NCBI RefSeq assembly: GCF_006345805.1
Contig: NW_021827904.1
Span: 1-9,548, forward strand
Direction: 5' to 3'
Length of the DNA stretch: 9,548 bases
Source of the DNA: Octopus sinensis
Lineage: Eukaryota
In this document: one piece after another, positions 1 to 6,185 of the stretch
How the letters are laid out: each line of letters starts with the position of its first letter
How positions within the stretch are numbered: the stretch's first letter is position 1
Notes under the pieces: generated by a model
The model's database searches: none
The model's input: only the letters and a program-made list of their open reading frames with translations
Told to the model about the DNA's origin: nothing
Translations under genes and position numbers: made by a program

Positions 1-100
1 GTGTGTATGTGTGTGCGTGTGTGTATGCACATACACACACACGTAGTTATACAATCACATTCATATATATTTGTATATGTATATGTATGTATGTATATAT
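1..100. repeat. compound (GT)n/(CA)n/(TATG)n microsatellite
   Basis: Directly visible dinucleotide and tetranucleotide runs. Confidence 0.9.
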
Positions 101-228
101 GTTGCCGATTATATAGAATGTTTTTCTTATGACGATGGGAATATTTGTTGCAGAAATGAGGTTTCATTTATTTAATTTAATATATTTTAATTTTGGAAGT
201 GGTCCTTAATGTTGCTGTTCGTTTTTAG
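101..228 (+). repeat. diverged dispersed repeat, copy 1 (partner at 1584-1710)
   Basis: GTTGCCGATT...TTTCTTATGAC...GTTGCAGAAATGAGGTTTCATTTAT...GAAGTGGTCCT aligns by eye with GTCGCCGATC...TTTCTTATGAC...GTTGCAGAAACGAGGTTTCATTTAT...GAAGTGATCCT at 1584-1710. Confidence 0.75.
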
Positions 229-254
229 ATTATTAGTAAACGTATATAAGTTTT

Positions 255-331
255 GGTGTGTGTATGTGTGTTTGTGTATGTGTGTGTGAGTGTGTGTGTG
301 TTTGTGTATATGTATGTGTGTGTGTGTGTGC
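255..331. repeat. (GT)n-rich microsatellite
   Basis: Visible GT/GTAT runs; these generate the VCVCV portion of ORF 253..567. Confidence 0.9.
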
Positions 332-348
332 TAAATGTTATAGCTTAC

Positions 349-433
349 AGAATGCAACAACATTTTGTAAACATGTTGTTGAATGTGTTTCTTATTTACA
401 GACAAGAAGTTAATTTTCCACCGCAGTATATCC
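349..433 (-). other. candidate spliceosomal exon (85 nt) of an unidentified minus-strand gene
   Basis: Minus strand reads TTTTTTCTGTTGTTTTCAG|GGATATACTG...TTGCATTCT|GTAAGC: strong polypyrimidine tract plus CAG acceptor and a GTAAGC donor. One frame is open throughout (DILRWKINFLSVNKKHIQQHVYKMLLHS). An alternative weaker donor GTAAAT follows position 400. No homology recognised. Confidence 0.35.
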
Positions 434-1034
434 CTGAAAACAACAGAAAAAATTTGTATTTTCCCATTATAGAACAAAAGCACTATCTATATATTGAAAT
501 TTCTACTATATTAATATATAGGAAATTATTTCATCTGCACACCTTCTCTCACAAATATATGTATTAGTATAGTTCAGTATGTATTAGTTACCTAAGCACA
601 CATTCTGAAAATGCTTTATAGAATTGTGCAATAAAATGTTTCATTGTTTATCAGAGAAATTGCTATTCCAACTTCACAGAGGTAGAGCAGAAAATTATTT
701 ATTCGTTCAACATATCAGCTACGTTAAAAGGTAGTAATGGAGTTGTCTGCAATGAAATTATATTTGCCCAACCTTCGATAATAGACTATTTGTTTCATGA
801 TGGTCTACTTAACACATATTGTATCACATTCTCATAGAGAGATTTCTGTATTTAAACTATTATTGATGAGATGTTCCACATTAATGAGAGCCGTTCATAA
901 AGTGAATAAAGGTGATTTCTCTTATTCAGATTTCTATTTCTTCAACAACATTCATCAAACTTGAAGGACATCAAAATCAATGTAACTTGGATTACTCTAG
1001 TTTCAAACTTATAATTGTAAAAGTTTCTACTTAC

Positions 1035-1051
1035 CATGTCTGTCCATAGAA
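1035..1051 (-). other. candidate 17-nt micro-exon
   Basis: Minus strand reads GACTAACAAAATGTTTTTCGTAG|TTCTATGGACAGACATG|GTAAGT: CTAAC branch-point consensus (1068-1072), TAG acceptor and a perfect GTAAGT donor (1029-1034). Confidence 0.35.
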
Positions 1052-1495
1052 CTACGAAAAACATTTTGTTAGTCTTCTTATTTTCTGTAGAATTTTTAAT
1101 TAAAAAAATGACTCTATAGTATTCAATGCTAATAAACTGTAATTTTCCACTGAATTTCTTTATGAATTTTCAATGTTAGCAGTGGAACAAATATGTTGAC
1201 CTGTTTTGTCTTGTCGAGGTTTGTAGCAGACGATATTAAGATTGAGGAATACGCATGCGTCAAGCAATTCTATTTCTGACGTAAAGTTGTCATTGACAAC
1301 GGTTCGCTTACTTTAAGCCTCTGTTTATGCAGTCGTTTACATCACGGGAAATATTAAGAAGTGAGAAGTTTTTAAGTTAATTCAAAAACATATATATTGC
1401 AAACAAGACGTTAAATTCCGAACGAGGGTAGTAGTCGTGAAAACAGCTGGAAAGTTGCTCATTTTACCCTTATAACACATAAAAATTCTTAGGAG

Positions 1496-1556
1496 GTTGT
1501 CACGGGAGTCGAACTCGTATCCCGTCAGTCACTAATCCAGGGGCGGCTACTCGTCC
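1496..1556 (-). mobile_element. possible tRNA-derived SINE head fragment
   Basis: Minus strand T-arm-like ACGAG-TTCGACT-CCCGT (1502-1518, 4/5 pairs) containing B-box-like GAGTTCGACTC. The A-box is poor and there is no complete cloverleaf. Confidence 0.4.
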
Positions 1557-1583
1557 AGGTTTTTCACAACAGATATTTACATA

Positions 1584-1710
1584 GTCGCCGATCATGCAGA
1601 ATAGTTTCTTATGACCAGGGCGATATTCGTTGCAGAAACGAGGTTTCATTTATCGATTTTGATATATTTTACACTTTGAAGTGATCCTAAACTGTGCTCT
1701 TGGTTGTTAA
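1584..1710 (+). repeat. diverged dispersed repeat, copy 2 (partner at 101-228)
   Basis: Manual alignment to 101-228. Confidence 0.75.
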
Positions 1711-1714
1711 AGCA

Positions 1715-1828
1715 AATGTATATATGTGTATATATATGCATGCATATATAAATAAATAAATAATACATACATACATATATATAGGTATGTATACACACAC
1801 ACATATATATATATGTATATATATATTG
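1715..1828. repeat. compound (TA)n/(AAAT)n/(TACA)n microsatellite
   Basis: Directly visible. Confidence 0.85.
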
Positions 1829-1911
1829 GAAGTTTTGGAGATGATGTACAGGTATTATATATTTATTTGTATATTACATATTATTATATGAATAATATTT
1901 TTCTGTATGAA

Positions 1912-2324
1912 TAATATTTTGTCTAATGACTAATTCGTCTTTTGTGCTGGGCCACTGGTAGTAATCTATATTATTACCCTTTGTTTATATTCACATATTA
2001 CTTGATGGATTTATTCGTAAAATTTTTTTCCCGGCATGCCCTATATCACCGGGTGATTTTTGCGTCTGCGCAGAGATTTGAAAAGTTAAGATCTGCGAGT
2101 TGTTGAGATCAACACATGGTCTAACGCGCTGCGTGTCTCGATTTAACTTAGGGGTCTCGTTGATGAAACCAACCTTAGCATACATATTCTGTTTGTTTTG
2201 CTAGAAAGAGGTAGAAACTGATCAGTCCGAGATGTATCGTTAATGGTAAATGTTTTTGATTTTCACTCTTGATAAATTCATCCTTTTTTGTGCCCTAGCA
2301 CTTGGCATCCTTATTTAGGAGGCC

Positions 2325-2330
<6 letters not shown>
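1912..2330 (+). mobile_element. element F: single-copy HHR-bearing non-coding element related to arrays A and B
   Basis: 1912-1961 (ATATTTTGTCTAATGACTAATTCGTCTTTTGTGCTGGGCCACTGGTAG) aligns with array B 5944-5989 (ATATTTAGTCTTTGACTATTTTCTCTTTCCACTAGGCCGCTGGTAG). It contains an HHR at 2155-2232 and ends in CCTTAATT directly followed by (AT)n. Confidence 0.6.
2155..2232 (+). ncRNA. type I hammerhead ribozyme, C3U variant (family F)
   Basis: Stem I TCTCG(2155-2159)/CGAGA(2228-2232); core TTGATGA (2160-2166); extended stem II with ACC/GGT and TAGCA/TGCTA; GAAA (2214-2217); palindromic stem III ACTGATCAGT; GTC triplet with cleavage after 2227. Confidence 0.65.
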
Positions 2331-2374
<44 letters not shown>

Positions 2375-2421
2375 ATATAATCTATATATATATATATAAT
2401 ATAAATATATATATATATAAC

Positions 2422-2456
<35 letters not shown>

Positions 2457-2505
2457 CATATATATATACATATATATATATATATACATATATATATACA
2501 TATAT
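2331..2505. repeat. (TA)n microsatellite with TACA interruptions
   Basis: Directly visible. Confidence 0.95.
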
Positions 2506-2596
2506 TAGAAGAAATGAGGTACTCAGAAGATCGGATGGTTATATTTACAGATATTTATTTGTTATACATTTTATATATATATATCATATCACTTAG

Positions 2597-2639
2597 ATCA
2601 TTAGCGCTTTCTCCCATTCTAGTGGGGTTTTCAAATCAA
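2597..2639 (-). ncRNA. decayed type I hammerhead relic (family G)
   Basis: Minus strand TTGAT-TTGAAAA-C-CCCA-CTAGAA-TGGG-A-GAAA-GCGC-TA-ATGAT. Stem II, GAAA and the palindromic stem III AGCGCT are intact. The core differs from CTGAAGA by two transitions and stem I has 2 mismatches. Confidence 0.4.
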
Positions 2640-2760
2640 ACTAAGTTCCTGTGTGAGGAGTTTTGACTATTTTATAGTGGTATTGAGTTTGTAGTGGTGG
2701 GGAGTAATATAAGACAGTACAAGAGGGTGATGGATGAGGAGAAAATGAGAGAGAAAACAT

Positions 2761-2787
2761 GTGTGTATGTGTGTGTGTGTGTGTGTG
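2761..2787. repeat. (GT)n microsatellite
   Basis: Directly visible. Confidence 0.9.
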
Positions 2788-2977
2788 TTTTTGTATCTGG
2801 GATGAGTGCTAGAGAGAAAGAGGGGAAGGGATAGGGAAGAAAAAGAAAATTTTTTTTTGGTGACGCTGTGAAGTGGTCAAAACTGAAATTCTTTTTTTTT
2901 TTAACCTAAGGCCTTAGAACCCCCTTGGAGTCAATATTCTGTCCAGCAGACCCCAAAAAATTTTTTATTCTTCTTCC

Positions 2978-3099
2978 CTACTATAGCCTCGGCTCGAGGA
3001 TAGTAGAATACACTTGCCCAAAGTGACACGCAGTGGGACTGAACCAGGAACCATGTGGTTGGTAAACAAGCTACTTACCACACAGCCACTCATGCGCCT
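2978..3099 (-). mobile_element. 3'-truncated tRNA-derived SINE head resembling the abundant Octopus SINEs
   Basis: Minus strand GGCGCATGAGTGGCTGTGTGGTAAGTAGCTTGTTTACCAACCACATGGTTCCTGGTTCAGTCCCACTGCGTGTCACTTTGGGCAAGTG with A-box-like TGGCTGTGTGG (3078-3088) and B-box-like GGTTCAGTCCC (3035-3045). The Octopus attribution is from memory, not a search. Confidence 0.75.
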
Positions 3100-3117
3100 A
3101 TATATACTTTATATCTA

Positions 3118-3302
3118 CTTTATTTAAAGCAGCAGAAAATTGAACAAAACCTGTTACTCTGAGTTTCACATTCCCGTTCGTCGGACAGTTTTTGCTAGGT
3201 TTTGTTGAATTTTCTGCTGCTTTAAATAAAGCATATTACTCTACCACTGGTATTTGAGTACTCTTTTTTCCACCTTGTTTCACATTTATGTGTTTACTCC
3301 AG
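3118..3302 (-). mobile_element. element C: short HHR-bearing repeat with a 35-bp inverted repeat
   Basis: Arms 3118-3152 and 3197-3231 match at 34/35 positions and enclose an HHR. It carries the TACCACTGGTA odd palindrome near 3242-3252 and abuts a (TA)n tract at 3303. Confidence 0.6.
3151..3188 (-). ncRNA. type I hammerhead ribozyme, U4C variant (family C)
   Basis: Minus strand CTGT-CCGACGA-ACG(GGAA)TGT-GAAA-CTCAGAG-TA-ACAG: stem I CTGT/ACAG, GNRA-capped stem II, odd-palindromic stem III ACTC-A-GAGT, GTA triplet with cleavage between 3155 and 3154. Confidence 0.65.
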
Positions 3303-3381
3303 TATATATATAATAGATATATATATATATATGTATATGAATAATACATACATATATATACGTATGGATACACATATAAAG

Positions 3382-3460
<79 letters not shown>

Positions 3461-3535
3461 TTATACAATATACATACATACATACATTAACATATATACA
3501 ATATATATATATATACGGATGTGTGTGATGTGTAT
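3303..3535. repeat. compound (TA)n/(TACA)n microsatellite
   Basis: Directly visible; source of the five YI-rich ORFs. Confidence 0.95.
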
Positions 3536-3673
3536 AGAAGAATATATTAATAAAAGGAATTCCAACATTGTCTGATTTTCACGTTTTATTTCACACAATC
3601 TTTAATGATATAATATAAGATAATATAATATAAAATAAAATAAAATAATAGAATGTTAAATGTTCATTCTGAT

Positions 3674-3718
3674 TGAACTAGTACTTTCATGCATTAAATT
3701 CTGCAATCTTCAGGTTCA
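3674..3718 (-). ncRNA. minimal type I hammerhead ribozyme (family H)
   Basis: Minus strand TGAAC-CTGAAGA-T-TGCA-GAATTTAA-TGCA-T-GAAA-GTAC-TA-GTTCA: perfect 5-bp stem I, canonical core, 4-bp stem II, palindromic stem III AGTACT, CTA triplet with cleavage between 3679 and 3678. Confidence 0.8.
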
Positions 3719-3754
3719 TGAAGTAGTGGTAACAGTCATGCTTCACAATTTTTG

Positions 3755-3757
<3 letters not shown>

Positions 3758-3784
<27 letters not shown>
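3758..3784. repeat. (TA)n tract at the 3' junction of array A
   Basis: Directly visible. Confidence 0.95.
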
Positions 3785-3792
<8 letters not shown>

Positions 3793-4030
3793 TAAGGGTA
3801 GAAATTGATATTTATCAATTAAGACCAGTGGTCTAGCATATTAAAAAAGAATCCGAAGATTAAAATATTTATATATACCAATTAAGGACTGAACACGAAA
3901 AGTGGACAGTCAACATGCTAGATATAGACGTCAAATCGCCATTCACCACAAAAGATTATGTTCTCAGATCAAACTCAACACAAAACCATAGCAATAAACA
4001 AGTGAAAAATATACGAAATAAAATAATTAC

Positions 4031-4093
4031 CCATGTACTAAATTAGTTCAGCTGTTATTTTCCGCAAGAAAACTGCAGCCATCATCAGCATGG
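4031..4093 (-). ncRNA. type I hammerhead, array A copy 1 (GAAA reads GAA in this copy)
   Basis: Minus strand CCATG-CTGATGA-TGGCTG...CAGCT-GAA-CTAATTTAG-TA-CATGG. One A of the core is missing versus copies 2 and 3, either a real mutation or a sequencing indel. Cleavage would fall between 4036 and 4035. Confidence 0.7.
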
Positions 4094-4534
4094 TCCGTTA
4101 TAAATGTAATTTGATGGACTAGATGCAACACGATACCGAAATATCGCGTGCTGGAGTTCAGCCTATTACATTAGAATATATCTTTCAAATGCCTCTACTT
4201 TGGCGCGTTGGAACCCGAGAAAATTAGCCTTCAGCTCATACTTAGCAGCAGTTAATTTATCGGTTAGAGAACATATTTATTTATATAAAATTAATTAAGG
4301 GTAGAAATTGATATTTATCAATTAAGACCAGTGGTCTAGCATATTAAAAAAGAATCCGAAGATTAAAATAATTTATATATACCAATTAAGGACTGAACAC
4401 GAAAAGTGGACAGTCAACATGCTAGATATAGACGTCAAATCGCCATTCACCAAAAAAGATTATGTTCTCAGATCAAACCAACACAAAACCATAGCAATAA
4501 ACAAGTGTGAAAAATATCGAAATAAAATAATTAC

Positions 4535-4598
4535 CCATGTATAAAATTAGTTTCAGCTGTTATTTTCCGCAAGGAAAACTGAGCCATCATCAGCATGG
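4535..4598 (-). ncRNA. type I hammerhead, array A copy 2 (stem III altered)
   Basis: CTGATGA and GAAA are intact and stem I is CCATG/CATGG. Stem III reads ACTAATTTTAT instead of ACTAATTTAGT. Confidence 0.7.
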
Positions 4599-5034
4599 TC
4601 CGTTATAAATGTATTTGATGGACTAGATGCAAACACTATACCGAAATATCGCGTGCATGGAGTTCAGCCTATTACATTAGAATATATCTTTCAAATGCCT
4701 CTACTTTGCGCGTTAGAACCCGAGGAAAATTAGCCTGCAGCTAATACTTAGCAGCAGTTAATTTATCGGTTAGAGAACATATTTATTTATATAAAATAAT
4801 TAAGGGTAGAATTGATATTTATCATTAAGACCAGTGGTCTAGCATATTAAAAAGAATCCGAAGATTAAAATATTTATATATACCAATTAAGGACTGAACA
4901 CGAAAAGTGGACAGTCAACATGCTAGATATAGACGTCAAATCGCCATTCACCACAAAAGATTATGTTCTCAGATCAAACTCAACACAAAACCATAGCAAT
5001 AAACAAGTGAAAAATATACGAAATAAAATAATTA

Positions 5035-5099
5035 CCATGTACTAAATTAGTTTCAGCTGTTATTTTCCGCAAGGAAAACTGCAGCCATCATCAGCATGT
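5035..5099 (-). ncRNA. type I hammerhead, array A copy 3 (intact core)
   Basis: Minus strand CATG-CTGATGA-T-GGCTG-CAG-TTTTCC(TTGC)GGAAAA-TAA-CAGCT-GAAA-CTAA-T-TTAG-TA-CATG. Odd-palindromic stem III ACTAA-T-TTAGT; GTA triplet with cleavage between 5040 and 5039. Confidence 0.85.
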
Positions 5100-5706
5100 C
5101 CGTTATAAATGTAATTTGATGGACTAGATGCAAACACGATACCGAAATATCGCGTGCATGGAGTTCAGCCTATTACATTAGAATATATCTTTCAAATGCC
5201 TCTACTTTGGCGCGTTGGAACCCGAGAAAATTGCCTGCAGCTAATCTTAGCAGCAGTTAATTTATCGGTTAGAGAACATATTTATTTATATAAAATAATT
5301 AAGGGTAGAAATTGATATTTATCAATTAAGACCAGTGGTCTAGCATATTAAAAAAGAATCCGAAGATTAAAATATATATATACCAATTAAGGACTGAACA
5401 CGAAAAGTGGACAGTCAACATGCTAGATATAGACGTTAAATCGCCATTCACCACAAAAGATTAGTTGTTTCAGATCAAACTCAACACAAAACCATAGCAA
5501 AATAAACAAGTGAAAAATATACGAAATAAAATAATTACCCGATTCAATCTCAGAATTAGTCAGAAAATTATCAATTCTGAGATTGAATCGGCAGTTTATA
5601 TTTGCTGCCGATAAGTTTGGCGCGAATGCGTTGGTCTTGAAAATTTTAAGACAGATATTCCCGAGGCATTGATACAGTCGCCTCGTGTATACGTCTCTCC
5701 CAGGTT

Positions 5707-5811
5707 TCTTTTACTGATGAAGTGTGACCTATGGTAGACTAGCTTAATTTAATTTAATTAAGCGGGTCTATATAAAAACACCGAAACGAGCATCTTATAT
5801 CGTATAAAAGA
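5707..5811 (+). ncRNA. type I hammerhead, array B copy 1
   Basis: Stem I TCTTTTA/TAAAAGA (7 bp); CTGATGA 5714-5720; long stem II; GAAA 5783-5786; stem III ACGA-(GCATCTTATA)-TCGT; GTA triplet with cleavage after 5804. Confidence 0.85.
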
Positions 5812-6185
5812 TGAATTAGGGTAAACGTTTTTAAATTTTCACCTTATTTCCGAATTGCACTACTTGGCGGTTTGAGTTCTGGCTGCTCTTTCTGGTGTGA
5901 CGAATGGCCTGTTTAGGCCATTCCTAAATTGTTATATTTATATATATTTAGTCTTTGACTATTTTCTCTTTCCACTAGGCCGCTGGTAGCGATAAATTTT
6001 TACTGAATTTTTTGCTACCCTAAATTGATTAATTGATAATTTTCTGACTAATTCTGAGATTGAATCGGCAGTTTATATTTGCTGCCGATAAGTTTGGCGC
6101 GAATGCGTTGGTCTTGAAAATTTTAAGACAGATATTCCCGAAGCATTGATACAGTCGCCTCGTGTATATTCGTCTCTCCCAGGTT

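Larger units (their letters stand above)
3781..5540 (-). mobile_element. array A: ~3.5 tandem copies of a ~503-nt HHR-bearing non-coding unit (retrozyme-like or Penelope-derived)
   Basis: Units start at TATAAAA(T)TAATTAAGGGTAG at 3781, 4284, 4790 and 5289, giving lengths of 503, 506, 499 and a 252-nt partial. Copies are near-identical, with no ORF and one HHR per full unit on the minus strand. The tandem repeat is certain; the element class is inferred. Confidence 0.85.

Noticed and set aside
253-567. 104-aa + strand ORF
   Set aside because: The N-terminal third is translated (GT)n, the frame starts at TTG, and the better splice signals here are on the minus strand.
1251-1311. ACGCATGCGT palindrome (NRF1-like), TGACGT, and a minus-strand GTAAGC donor as a promoter or first exon
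   Set aside because: Short motifs expected by chance and cannot be supported without TSS data.
1603-1655. CTTATGA...GAAACGAGGTTTC as a hammerhead
   Set aside because: G5 is absent and no stem I pairing is found; probably just a GAAAC/GTTTC hairpin.
1991-2185. 64-aa minus-strand ORF
   Set aside because: Antisense to the structured non-coding element F, with no recognisable motif.
2843-2972. Imperfect T-rich inverted ends and a central CTAAGGCCTTAG palindrome as a MITE
   Set aside because: The arms are mostly homopolymer and no TSD is identifiable.
3236-3575. Five overlapping YI/IY-rich ORFs
   Set aside because: Translations of (TA)n, which lacks stops in these frames.
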